IMG/VR virus record: IMGVR_UViG_3300028603_000021
Coordinates: 32,001-96,000 of that record
Direction: 5' to 3' (one strand)
DNA from: a virus
Lineage: Duplodnaviria > Caudoviricetes
Length of the DNA stretch: 64,000 bases
Position 1 is the first letter of the stretch; each line of letters starts with the position of its first letter. The notes beneath the pieces are model-generated. The model searched no databases. It was not told the origin of the DNA and saw only the letters and a list, made by a program, of their open reading frames with translations. Positions 35,871 through 44,626 of the stretch are shown here, piece by piece. Made by a program: the position numbers and the translations under genes.

Positions 35871-35904
35871 GTAGGTATCCTATCATCGTTCATTATGAGA
35901 TTTA

Positions 35905-36252
35905 TTAGTCCTCCTTGTGATGCTGAGAGATAGTCCACGACAGATGGGCGTCTTTTTCCAGGGGCGGTAGAAACGGTAACGAGGTTTCACTCTGGTCTGG
36001 TGCTGGGATTAGTCGCTGTCCTTGAGCGTCTGGATAGTCGTTTAAAAACTCCAACCACCACTTAGCCTCCTGGTAGTTGTTAACCTGCAAGAATAATTCC
36101 CCAGGCATGTCACGCATCCTCACAGCTACACACCCGTAAGTCCCGTCTCCTGTGTTGCTCGCACTGAGTTTACCAAATGGAGCCTCCCCGTCTCTGAACT
36201 CCATAACCGTGTGCGAGGAAAGCATATAGCCGTTGGGCATCTTCCATCTCAT
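35905..36252 (-). CDS. hypothetical protein, similar to next ORF
   Basis: Shared GxLxxxVxxxxEAxxWL motif. Confidence 0.6.
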   Translation of the reverse strand: MRWKMPNGYMLSSHTVMEFRDGEAPFGKLSASNTGDGTYGCVAVRMRDMPGELFLQVNNYQEAKWWLEFLNDYPDAQGQRLIPAPDQSETSLPFLPPLEKDAHLSWTISQHHKED

Positions 36253-36527
36253 GGTACTGCCTCCGCAGGTAAGAAGTATACGTTAGAGTACAAGATATTA
36301 GTTATACCAGCAATAGTGATAGTCTTAGTAGAAAACTCGTTCAGCCAGAACTCAGCTTCCTCTAGTGTGTCTACTGGATAGTACAGAGTACCTGCTTGTG
36401 CTAAGGACTCAAACGCAGCTCTGTGGTGGTAAACGATGGTACCAAACTCGCCAACAGCAGGCAGTGCATTCCTCTTAGCGATTATGCTGTAGTCGTCTTC
36501 GTTGTCTCCGAACGGGTATTTAAGCAT
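36249..36527 (-). CDS. hypothetical protein
   Basis: GTLYYPVDTLEEAEFWL. Confidence 0.6.
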   Translation of the reverse strand: MLKYPFGDNEDDYSIIAKRNALPAVGEFGTIVYHHRAAFESLAQAGTLYYPVDTLEEAEFWLNEFSTKTITIAGITNILYSNVYFLPAEAVP

Positions 36528-36596
36528 GGTGCCCTCACAACTAACGTGCCTCGGCCACACGTGGCAGCCGAGGCATTACTCTAAGTCTCGTAACTA

Positions 36597-37061
36597 TCAG
36601 AACTGAATGCTATAACCCAACGACGCAACCGGAACGATGCTGACTCCGCTGAACCCAAAATCTCCTCGGAACAGAGCACCTGCTTCGAACTGTAGGCCGT
36701 TATCGCCGCGAACCCCAAGGGTAGCGGTTCCTAACCAGTAGAAGTCAGAAAATCCCCAGTCAGTACCAACGCCAGCACGCGCCGCTACGAACATCGCTGC
36801 ATCACTAGCTTCTGCTTGTGGGAAGAAGGCTCTTACACCGCCGAAAACAGTCCCAGTGTCCATGGTCGCCCCAGCGCCAACAAGAAGGTCTACAGAGGGG
36901 CTTACTGAGAAGCCGAACTCTCCTGTCAAGAGCGGCTGAGCTTGTACAGTGGGGGTGAAACCGATGTCACCAGCACCTACCTGAAATGTGAAGTCGTTAG
37001 CGAAAGCTGCGGTAGCAAACGCTAGGACAAGCGAAACGATAAAAATCTTAATCTTAAACAC
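36597..37061 (-). CDS. outer-membrane beta-barrel-like protein
   Basis: Signal peptide ending AFA, amphipathic Gly/aromatic strands, C-terminal LGYSIQF; own promoter and AAGGAGG RBS. Confidence 0.7.
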   Translation of the reverse strand: MFKIKIFIVSLVLAFATAAFANDFTFQVGAGDIGFTPTVQAQPLLTGEFGFSVSPSVDLLVGAGATMDTGTVFGGVRAFFPQAEASDAAMFVAARAGVGTDWGFSDFYWLGTATLGVRGDNGLQFEAGALFRGDFGFSGVSIVPVASLGYSIQF

Positions 37062-37118
37062 TAATTATCCTCCTTAGGAATGAATAACACTTAATTATAC
37101 TATGTGTTCTATCTTCTG

Positions 37119-37706
37119 TCAACCGTCGATACCTGTTAGACCTCTGAGGGCTGCACTGTATGCTATAGCCTCCCGACTCTGGTGGATAACATCAGCCAAG
37201 GCGTTGTGAGCTTGGGTAGTGTCTCTTTCTACTTCTAACAACGGAACCCCGGCGTGCCGAGCAACGTCTATCAATGTCCGGAGATCGCGTCTCTTCCAGA
37301 ACTGAGAGAAGGGGTTCTGTGCTCCTGTTTCCCTGTAAAGCCTGTCTAGAAGACCAAAGTCAAAGTCTATACCGCGAGCCCACGGGATCACGCCCTTGTT
37401 GAGGGTGACCCACGAATAAAGCTCCTCTAGCACAGTACGCATCTTTCTAGCTTCTTTATCATACACGATATCGAAGAATATATCCCTCCTGTCCGTACCC
37501 AACCACCACTTCAGAGTACCTGCGTCTACCCTTCCGTAGGTAAGCGCGTCTGACAGGTCTATGTTCCTGTGGAATACGTTTGCCGTATCTATGTCTCCGC
37601 CGCGTAAGTCAAACCGTACTGCCGCTACCGAGATAACAGCAGCGCTGTCTGTAGCGGTGCCTAGTGTCTCTAGGTCTACCATCACATGCTTCAAGTTGGT
37701 CTCCAT
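37119..37706 (-). CDS. DEDDh 3'-5' exonuclease (Rv2179c / ExoVIII N-terminal-like)
   Basis: VMVDLETLG, TLKWW, WARGIDFD, RDLRT, HNALAD. Confidence 0.88.
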   Translation of the reverse strand: METNLKHVMVDLETLGTATDSAAVISVAAVRFDLRGGDIDTANVFHRNIDLSDALTYGRVDAGTLKWWLGTDRRDIFFDIVYDKEARKMRTVLEELYSWVTLNKGVIPWARGIDFDFGLLDRLYRETGAQNPFSQFWKRRDLRTLIDVARHAGVPLLEVERDTTQAHNALADVIHQSREAIAYSAALRGLTGIDG

Positions 37707-38335
37707 TTCTTCCCGAATCCTACGGGCAAGCACGCCTCTCCGTCATCTTCGAGCAGTGCTTTAAAGTCGTTGAGTGGTAAGTATCCCCACCCGTTTCTTC
37801 CCCAATCAGCTCCCCATGAGTTTTTCAGACGTATCGTTCCTTCCCTGAGGTTGACACCATCAACAAGATAGGCATTGCTTCCTACAACCTCACCAGTGGC
37901 CTCTATATCCCCAACTTCTGGGACAGTCGTCATCATACCACGGTGCCACTTAGTGCCAACAACCACAGGGCCGTAGAGGAGAAGATAGTTAACCAGAACA
38001 TCTACATCGGTTGTCCAGTAGTAGCTACGTATCACCTTGCTCTTCCTGAGGAGCTTAGCACCGCCCCTGATGGTCGCCTGACCAGGAGTAACCTCACCAG
38101 CTTCGAAAAACTCGTATGGAGAGATATAAAACCCGGCTTTAGGAAGCTTCTTAGCCCGAGAATCAAACCAGAAGCTCCATGCTAGCCCAGGAGAGTAAGG
38201 CAACCTTGCGGTTGATTTAGGCTGCCGCGTGCTAGGCCAGTAAGAGGTCTTCTTATAGGTCTTCTTGACCAGAACCTCGGCGTCAAACAGGGCATCACGC
38301 GGGTCTTTCACGTGTACGTAGCCACTTTTTATCAT
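37691..38335 (-). CDS. papain (C1)-fold protein lacking catalytic Cys/His
   Basis: GPVVVGTKW, KNSWGADWGRNG; GSNAY replaces GGHAY; no catalytic Cys. Confidence 0.65.
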   Translation of the reverse strand: MIKSGYVHVKDPRDALFDAEVLVKKTYKKTSYWPSTRQPKSTARLPYSPGLAWSFWFDSRAKKLPKAGFYISPYEFFEAGEVTPGQATIRGGAKLLRKSKVIRSYYWTTDVDVLVNYLLLYGPVVVGTKWHRGMMTTVPEVGDIEATGEVVGSNAYLVDGVNLREGTIRLKNSWGADWGRNGWGYLPLNDFKALLEDDGEACLPVGFGKKWRPT

Positions 38336-38631
38336 GGTGTCAGGTTTCTTAAGAATGCTTGGTAAGAACTTTTTGGCTGAAGTCCGTGAAATACTTTTTC
38401 TTGCCCGTTTATGCTCATGATTACAGTAGGCACCGAGGTTATCTTGTAGTCAACCATAACCTTAGGGGCAACATCTGCGTCCAAGTATACGAACTCTACG
38501 TCGTTGTACTCGTCAGACAGGCTTTCCATCATAGGGTGAAGGAATTTACACGGCGCACACCAGCTTTTCGCTCCAAAATACAGTACATGGTTAGGTTGAA
38601 GTGTGGGAGGGATTCCGTCTAGTTCTTTCAT
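38332..38631 (-). CDS. thioredoxin
   Basis: WCAPC, SVPT. Confidence 0.9.
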   Translation of the reverse strand: MKELDGIPPTLQPNHVLYFGAKSWCAPCKFLHPMMESLSDEYNDVEFVYLDADVAPKVMVDYKITSVPTVIMSINGQEKVFHGLQPKSSYQAFLRNLTP

Positions 38632-38950
38632 CTCTTATCATCTCCAGTGCGTTTTCCGCAAGTTCAATATCTTCAGGGTGAGTGTCTATGTAACGAGAGA
38701 TCAACCTCTCTGCTATCTCATATGGATTTTTGTTGTAGTGTTCCCAGAACTTCTCCTTTCCCCAGCTGTGCCTCTGGTAGAGGTGGATACCGTGGTCAAG
38801 CGGTAATGCACCGAAATCGAACTTGTTTTTCCGCCCTCCGGAAAACTTCCTGAGCAACGACTCGTGGTGGAGGTCTACGTTGTTCGTGGTTCCTGTGATG
38901 CAGCACGGCTGACTTCCCAAGAACATCAGGTAGCTTTTGCTCTTAAACAT
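38591..38950 (-). CDS. DUF968/HNH-like protein
   Basis: YLMFLGSQPCCITG..DLHH..LPL..H...H. Confidence 0.6.
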   Translation of the reverse strand: MFKSKSYLMFLGSQPCCITGTTNNVDLHHESLLRKFSGGRKNKFDFGALPLDHGIHLYQRHSWGKEKFWEHYNKNPYEIAERLISRYIDTHPEDIELAENALEMIRDERTRRNPSHTST

Positions 38951-39980
38951 TGTCTAGTACATATTTTTTGGCAGCCTCAAACACGTCAACCTCAGCCAGC
39001 GCCTCTAGTATCTTGTCTCTTCCGTTGAACTTTCTATCTTCTATGCCTGGGAGCATACCTTCTGGTAAGGTGTACCACGCACCACCTCGTACAACGCCAA
39101 GAGCTTCACTGTTATCTGCACTGGTTATGATAGTGGCCAGCTCATCTACGATGTCAATATAGCCGTCAAAATCCATCGTGTAAGTAACCGTTTTACCGGG
39201 TGGGCTCATCTTATTCTTCTCAACGGTAGCCGTAACATCGACGTGTGTTGCATCCCCGCGCCCGGCTCTGATTTTCTTTGCTTTAAGCTCGATAATCATA
39301 GTCGAGTGGAACGTCAGAGCGTGCCCACCTGGAGCCACAGGCTTCGGGGCATAGATGTTCAACGAGTCACGCAGCTGGTTGGTAAAGATCATCCACACTT
39401 TGTTTCGTGCAACCGGCCCGTTAAGCTTAGGCATGAAGTCAGACATTATCTTTGCTCGTCTTCCCATGTTAGCATCTCCAAGCTCCCCGTCCACCACAGC
39501 CTTTATCGGGGCTCCAGCAACAGAATCGAAGACTATCATATCAAACGAGCCAGAGTTGGCCATTTCGATAGCAATCTCCCCCGCTGTCTCTAGGTCGTCT
39601 ACCTGAACCCATGCAACAGCGGCCATGTCTACGCCAAGCTGTGTTGCCCACCTAGGATCTAGTGCATACTCAGTGTCGATAAAGGCAGCCGTTCCGCCTT
39701 TTGCTTGCAAGTTAGCGATAGCCTTCAGAGCGTGGGTCGTCTTACCCGAAGACTCCCACCCTGCTATCTGTACAATCCTACCCCTGGGATATCCGCCTAT
39801 ACCAGTGGCGATATCAAGCACTAAGCTCCCCGTAGAAACAACATCAACAACATGCTCTACATCTCCGAGCTGAAAACTCTCCCCATAAGGCTTTTTTTCT
39901 AGCTTAGCGAGAAAGTTTCTGATGGTCTTGGGGTCTTTAAGGTGAAGGCTGAGATCGGAGTCGTCAACTTTCATCACCAT
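38943..39980 (-). CDS. recA: RecA-family recombinase
   Basis: STGSLVLDIATGIGGYPRGRI, GWESSGKTT, FDSVA, NQLR, GGHAL, KNK. Confidence 0.95.
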   Translation of the reverse strand: MVMKVDDSDLSLHLKDPKTIRNFLAKLEKKPYGESFQLGDVEHVVDVVSTGSLVLDIATGIGGYPRGRIVQIAGWESSGKTTHALKAIANLQAKGGTAAFIDTEYALDPRWATQLGVDMAAVAWVQVDDLETAGEIAIEMANSGSFDMIVFDSVAGAPIKAVVDGELGDANMGRRAKIMSDFMPKLNGPVARNKVWMIFTNQLRDSLNIYAPKPVAPGGHALTFHSTMIIELKAKKIRAGRGDATHVDVTATVEKNKMSPPGKTVTYTMDFDGYIDIVDELATIITSADNSEALGVVRGGAWYTLPEGMLPGIEDRKFNGRDKILEALAEVDVFEAAKKYVLDNV

Positions 39981-40711
39981 CAGCTACCTCTTTTCCCGAT
40001 CAGCTCTAGCAACCTTTCGTAGACCGCTCTCTGAACAATAAGTGGAGCATTAGAGTCATACTTACCCATAGCCATGACTTCCTGCACAGCCGTCTCTCCT
40101 AGCAGCTTGTCACTGTCCGACAAGTCAGACGAACGGATGTCTTCGAGAAGTGCTAGTATGGCGTCTTTGGGGTCTGACCTAGCAACTGGTAACGCCCAGT
40201 CCGGCATCTCGGGAGGTTCTACTACTACGTTTCTCTCTATCTTCGCTCCCTTGAGTCCCTTCAGGTCATACAAGTATGCCCCCACACCGAACTTAACCGC
40301 CGCTCTTTTAAGGGCATCAGAAGTTGCACCCTTAAGCTGGTCAGCGCTGCTAGGAGCGCCTATGTCGCTCTTGGTGAGCCCAAGGATGGTTAGATCACAC
40401 TTTATACCGCCGTACTTGTGGGTTACGTGGTCATACCTGTAATTCCCGTCGTAGCTGGGCTTGCTTACTGTCTTACCCTCATCGTCTAGGGCATAATCCC
40501 TAGTATCTTCCAGCAGGACGGTACTGTAAGAGTCACTCCAGTTCTCTGCTCCTACAACACTGTTGAGCCTAGCGGCTACTACCCTTGCGTCTATGTAAAC
40601 CAACACGGAGCCACGGCTCCCTGGTCTGAAGCTTATCTCAGATAACTCAAAAGGCTCAGCCAGACGGTTGTAAACCCAGTTATCGAATTTCAATGGTAAA
40701 CTCAAAGTCAT
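39980..40711 (-). CDS. Rad52/Rad22-family single-strand annealing protein
   Basis: YIDARVVAARLNSVVG, KSDIG, KGATSDALKRAAVKFGVGAYLY. Confidence 0.9.
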   Translation of the reverse strand: MTLSLPLKFDNWVYNRLAEPFELSEISFRPGSRGSVLVYIDARVVAARLNSVVGAENWSDSYSTVLLEDTRDYALDDEGKTVSKPSYDGNYRYDHVTHKYGGIKCDLTILGLTKSDIGAPSSADQLKGATSDALKRAAVKFGVGAYLYDLKGLKGAKIERNVVVEPPEMPDWALPVARSDPKDAILALLEDIRSSDLSDSDKLLGETAVQEVMAMGKYDSNAPLIVQRAVYERLLELIGKRGS

Positions 40712-40728
40712 CTCCTTAGGTGCCTAGT

Positions 40729-40817
40729 ATAGCACAGACCCGCTCGCGGGTCAACGGTGGGTTCAAAGGTCTCGAATTCGAGACCTTTAATAGCACAGAC
40801 CCGCTCGCGGGTCAACG
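40729..40817 (-). repeat. two exact 28-bp direct repeats (tandem promoter/operator units) flanking a 24-bp perfect palindrome
   Basis: ATAGCACAGACCCGCTCGCGGGTCAACG at 40729-40756 and 40790-40817; AAAGGTCTCGAATTCGAGACCTTT at 40765-40788; minus strand reads TTGACC-17-TATACT / TATTAA. Confidence 0.85.
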
Positions 40818-40820
40818 TCC

Positions 40821-42125
40821 TCAGAAGGTCGAAAGAACTTCGTCCCTCAGAGCAAACTTGCCGAACTCTTTGTAGAACATCAGGTCTCTCACGAACACCG
40901 GCCCGTTACGCTGCTTAGCAACCTCAAACTTAACCGGCACTTCTACCTGGTCTTTCAGGTAGGCATCTATGTTCGCAATCTCTGCTATGCTTGCGATGTC
41001 TGGATACATGAAGGCAACGATAGAAGCGTCTTGCTCCAGAGAACCAGAATCTCTCAGGTCTGCTAGGTTAGGTGTACCACCCCTCTTGACTACCTCACGG
41101 TTAAGCTGCGCAGCTATCACTAGTGGTATGTCAAGCTCGCTAGACACGTTCTTAAGCTCTCGTGATATGGTAGACAGCTGGTCGTTTCTGGTAGCCCCAG
41201 CGGTGCCCCCGATAAGACCGATGTAGTCTATGTACACTACATCACACCCATGTTCGTATACGAGCTTACGTATCTTCTGTATGACTGTGTTAACCGTGAA
41301 CGGGCCTGAATCATCTAGGAACAACGGCATCTCGCTGTACCACATCAAGGCTTCTTTAACAGCATCAGTAAGTTCTTTCCTCTTAAGAAGCTCCTCTCCG
41401 TTTACCTCTATCTTAGAAGAAACTAAGCGGTTCATAAGCTTTGGCACAGACATCTCCATGGACAGGAAACCCACGCTTGCCCCTATCTCTAGGTTGCTTC
41501 TGACAGACTGAAGCAGCATGGCCGACTTTCCTACGCCAGGACGAGCTGCAAGGTACGATATCTCCTTGGCGTCAAAGTCAACCAAGCGCGAGTCTATAGA
41601 TTCAAGTCCTGTATATTTCAAACTAGTCCTTTCTCTTGTAACCATCTCCATGTAGGATGATATAAGGGCATCACCTGAGGAAAACTCCTTCTGTACATCC
41701 TTGGAACTTACCTGGTGGATTAGCGATGCCAGCATCGTTGTGTAGTCGGATAAGTCGCCGTCTCCCTTCTTGATGGCGTTGTCTATCTTCTTAACCCCAG
41801 ATTCTAGCAGGCGGTACCCAGAAAACTCGGACAGTTGAGTGACGAACGCTACGAAAGCAGTAGCATCTACTCGGTATGACAGCATGTCATTGATCTCTGA
41901 CTCTGTTATGCCAGTGTGTCCTCTCTTGTAGAGAGAATTCCACACTGTCTTGATGTTTATATCCAGCCCAGATTCAAACAGCTCTACCATAGCTGAGTAC
42001 ACAGCCGCATTCCCTGGATAGAAGAAATCATCTGGAGTCAGCACAGACGCTGCTCTGGTGAACAGCTCTGGCGAGTACATCACGGTTCCTAGTACAGATA
42101 GTTCGGTTTCTTTTGAGTTAAGCAT
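40821..42125 (-). CDS. dnaB: DnaB replicative helicase
   Basis: AARPGVGKS, SMEM, IDYIGL, AQLNRE, DLRDSGSLEQDA, KQRNGP. Confidence 0.95.
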   Translation of the reverse strand: MLNSKETELSVLGTVMYSPELFTRAASVLTPDDFFYPGNAAVYSAMVELFESGLDINIKTVWNSLYKRGHTGITESEINDMLSYRVDATAFVAFVTQLSEFSGYRLLESGVKKIDNAIKKGDGDLSDYTTMLASLIHQVSSKDVQKEFSSGDALISSYMEMVTRERTSLKYTGLESIDSRLVDFDAKEISYLAARPGVGKSAMLLQSVRSNLEIGASVGFLSMEMSVPKLMNRLVSSKIEVNGEELLKRKELTDAVKEALMWYSEMPLFLDDSGPFTVNTVIQKIRKLVYEHGCDVVYIDYIGLIGGTAGATRNDQLSTISRELKNVSSELDIPLVIAAQLNREVVKRGGTPNLADLRDSGSLEQDASIVAFMYPDIASIAEIANIDAYLKDQVEVPVKFEVAKQRNGPVFVRDLMFYKEFGKFALRDEVLSTF

Positions 42126-43566
42126 TAGTCCTTTCTTCATCTATAGGTACAAACTCATCAGACGCCACATCAAATTTCCATGCCGGTGCTGACGTTCTGA
42201 GGCGTTTCAGGTTTTCATCCGCTGCACGACGCTTATCCACGAGAGCCTTCGCCCGTTGCAACCACGGGTCATTCTCTATATTATCCCAGATGCTCGCATG
42301 AGAATCATCCGCCTTCTCTGCCGCTAGCTTTTCATCTTGTATGCGGTTAGCCTCTCGCTGAAGTTCGGAAATACGCTTAGCTTCGAGCATCTCCTGGTAA
42401 AACTTAGCATTCTGCCTCACCAACGCCATGAGGTTTCTACCACCCTGCGACAGGAAGTCTAGTGACGACCCACCCTCGCGCACCACCTTGTGCAGAGTCC
42501 ACAAGCACTGCTCGTGCGAGTACTCTTTCAGCAGGGAGTTCTTGTACGCGCCCACCACAGTCGCATAGAACTTCTTGGTAGAGGTGGCCACGACACCGGT
42601 TATGTCCTCGTGTAGAGCAGCCCACAGCCCTGCCAAGGCGACGTGAGGATTCTTGGGGTTCGGGTCATACGCAGAGACGGCGAAGGAGAAGCGCGGGTAC
42701 TTCGGAAAAGCCAAGCCCGGCTCACGAGACGCTAACACTTGGTTGATTAAATGCAGTGACGTACCGTCTGCATAAGCTTCACGCGCAACCTTAACTGCGT
42801 CGTCGTTCGTCTCTGCATCACGTATCCTTTTGGAATAATCAGTGGATGACACGGTAGTGGCATCCGAAATAGTCGCCCCTGACGGCGTTTCCTCGGTTTT
42901 GGGTGAGTTAAGGTCCTTTATTCTTTTCTTATCTATTCTAAGGGGCTGCTCCACACTAGATTTATCCCGTGCAGCACGTGATTTCTTCACAGTTTCCGTA
43001 GGCTCGGTTCTGGAAAAATTTTTCTCAACGCTTGGAAATATTTTTCCGAGGAAGGCCTGTTTCTGCTTAGGCGGGGCTAGTTTCTCAACCAGAAAAGTCC
43101 TGAATTCCACCTCATCTCTTTCCAACCAAGACTCCCATGCGTCTATGAAATAACCCTCGTGGTCGTCGCCTACTGATAGCCCTAGCGAGCTGCTCTCAAA
43201 CCTCAGCCGTTTCCCGAGCAAAAACAGCCACCCATCTGCAAACGCATCACGACGTATGAGCTTCAGATCCTCCAGTGTAGACAAGTGGTTGTTTATACTC
43301 TTAGGCGTAAATCCCGTGGCCTCACACAACTCATCTAACGAGAAGTAAGCTGGTAGCCAGCCGTCGTCGTACAGAGATGCTACACGTGACACCCATCCCT
43401 CGCTCTTGTACTTCAGGGATTTTTCACCCTGTCTCCAGACACGTGTGAGTAGTAACCTGTACACACCACCTACCGACGCGCTGTCAAAAAACCTCAGATA
43501 CTCTGGGGTTCTAAGAAGCGAATACGGTGTTATGAGGAACGGTTCGTTTATCTGCTTTCGTGACAT
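42118..43566 (-). CDS. putative replication initiator (N-terminal wHTH)
   Basis: SLDELCEATGFTPKSINNHLSTLEDLKLIRR; directly upstream of dnaB. Confidence 0.6.
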   Translation of the reverse strand: MSRKQINEPFLITPYSLLRTPEYLRFFDSASVGGVYRLLLTRVWRQGEKSLKYKSEGWVSRVASLYDDGWLPAYFSLDELCEATGFTPKSINNHLSTLEDLKLIRRDAFADGWLFLLGKRLRFESSSLGLSVGDDHEGYFIDAWESWLERDEVEFRTFLVEKLAPPKQKQAFLGKIFPSVEKNFSRTEPTETVKKSRAARDKSSVEQPLRIDKKRIKDLNSPKTEETPSGATISDATTVSSTDYSKRIRDAETNDDAVKVAREAYADGTSLHLINQVLASREPGLAFPKYPRFSFAVSAYDPNPKNPHVALAGLWAALHEDITGVVATSTKKFYATVVGAYKNSLLKEYSHEQCLWTLHKVVREGGSSLDFLSQGGRNLMALVRQNAKFYQEMLEAKRISELQREANRIQDEKLAAEKADDSHASIWDNIENDPWLQRAKALVDKRRAADENLKRLRTSAPAWKFDVASDEFVPIDEERTNA

Positions 43567-43578
43567 TCTTCCCTCCGG

Positions 43579-43607
43579 TTGACACTAGTACTGTATAGTG
43601 CTAGAAT
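43579..43607 (+). promoter_or_regulatory. sigma70-type promoter
   Basis: TTGACA-17 nt-TAGAAT, extended TG, ATG 9 nt downstream. Confidence 0.75.
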
Positions 43608-43616
43608 GGTTTATAT

Positions 43617-44186
43617 ATGACTGAATCTTATGTACGCGGTAAGGATATCATCGTTGCCGTAGATATCGCCTTGAACAAAACAGGCATAGTAATCATGTCC
43701 GGGATGACAGTAGTAAGAAGTGATGTTTTTACACTGAAAACATCTGGAAACTATCTTGACAAACTCGATAAGATTCATGCTTACTTCTTAGAATACTTCG
43801 ACGAACTATTTAAGATGGAGCCTAACAGCATAGAATTAGTCTTAGAAGGCCGACTTTCGCGTGGTTTTTCGGGTAATGTACTTGCCTCTATAGAAGGAGC
43901 CAGAGTGACCACCTACCTTTCTTTCCATGCTAAGCTAAGAGAATATGTGAATGGTGAGAAACCTAAAGTTTTCATATACAGCCCCGGCACCGTTAAAAAA
44001 TTCTTCGCTGGGAGAGAAAACGCCACTAAGTCAGCCATGCATACCGCGGTTGTCTCACGGTTCTCATCCTTGAAGAAGATAAAATTCCAAGAGGATGTCT
44101 ATGACGCTATCTACTTAGGGTTATATCACCTATCCGGAAAGGAGAAAAAGAAGAGTGATACTAGACGAGGTAAAAAAGTATCCTGA
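43617..44186 (+). CDS. RuvC-like Holliday junction resolvase
   Basis: VAVDIALNKTG, LVLEG, PGTVKK..ATK, DVYDA. Confidence 0.85.
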   Translation: MTESYVRGKDIIVAVDIALNKTGIVIMSGMTVVRSDVFTLKTSGNYLDKLDKIHAYFLEYFDELFKMEPNSIELVLEGRLSRGFSGNVLASIEGARVTTYLSFHAKLREYVNGEKPKVFIYSPGTVKKFFAGRENATKSAMHTAVVSRFSSLKKIKFQEDVYDAIYLGLYHLSGKEKKKSDTRRGKKVS

Positions 44187-44625
44187 GCTTAGCGAGATAC
44201 TGATAGACCGTGATAAACTCCTGAGAAGCTTAGGCATAGATATGGTCACACGCGAATATATCGTCCTAGCCGAGCTTACGATACCAGAGCTGCAAGACCT
44301 ACAGATTAAGTCTCTGATGTGGTCTGAGACGGTGAACGAAGCACTCAGCACAGCTGAGCTTCTTAGGGACAAGCAAGCTGGAGAAACAGAGCGTATCGCC
44401 TCCGAAGTCATAAAAAACATGATGTCTATGGAGACTGAGTATAAGGTCACAGAGGCTAAGGCACACGCTAAGGCTTCTCCTAAGGTTATCGAGGCTTCAA
44501 ACAAGCTCAGCACCTTAGTCGCATACTGTAAGTTCTTAGACAGGCTCAGGGAAACCATAGATAAGTACCACTACACCGTAAAAGGTCGCACACGTAAGAT
44601 GGACGAGATAGAAAGGAAGTACTGA
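44155..44625 (+). CDS. helical protein, possibly UvsY-like recombination mediator
   Basis: Coiled-coil, KVTEAKAHAKASPKV segment; replication context. Confidence 0.4.
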   Translation: MILDEVKKYPELSEILIDRDKLLRSLGIDMVTREYIVLAELTIPELQDLQIKSLMWSETVNEALSTAELLRDKQAGETERIASEVIKNMMSMETEYKVTEAKAHAKASPKVIEASNKLSTLVAYCKFLDRLRETIDKYHYTVKGRTRKMDEIERKY

Positions 44626-44626
44626 G

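Noticed and set aside
36545-36577. Third HDV-like ribozyme (contains CCACGTG)
   Set aside because: Folds as a simple hairpin GCCTCGGC..GCCGAGGC; no P1/P2/P1.1 arrangement.
40729-40817. Mini CRISPR array (28-bp hairpin repeats, 33-bp spacer)
   Set aside because: Only two repeats, the spacer is itself a perfect palindrome, the repeats match -35/17-bp promoter geometry exactly, and there is no cas operon. The Cas4-like gene sits in the replication module.
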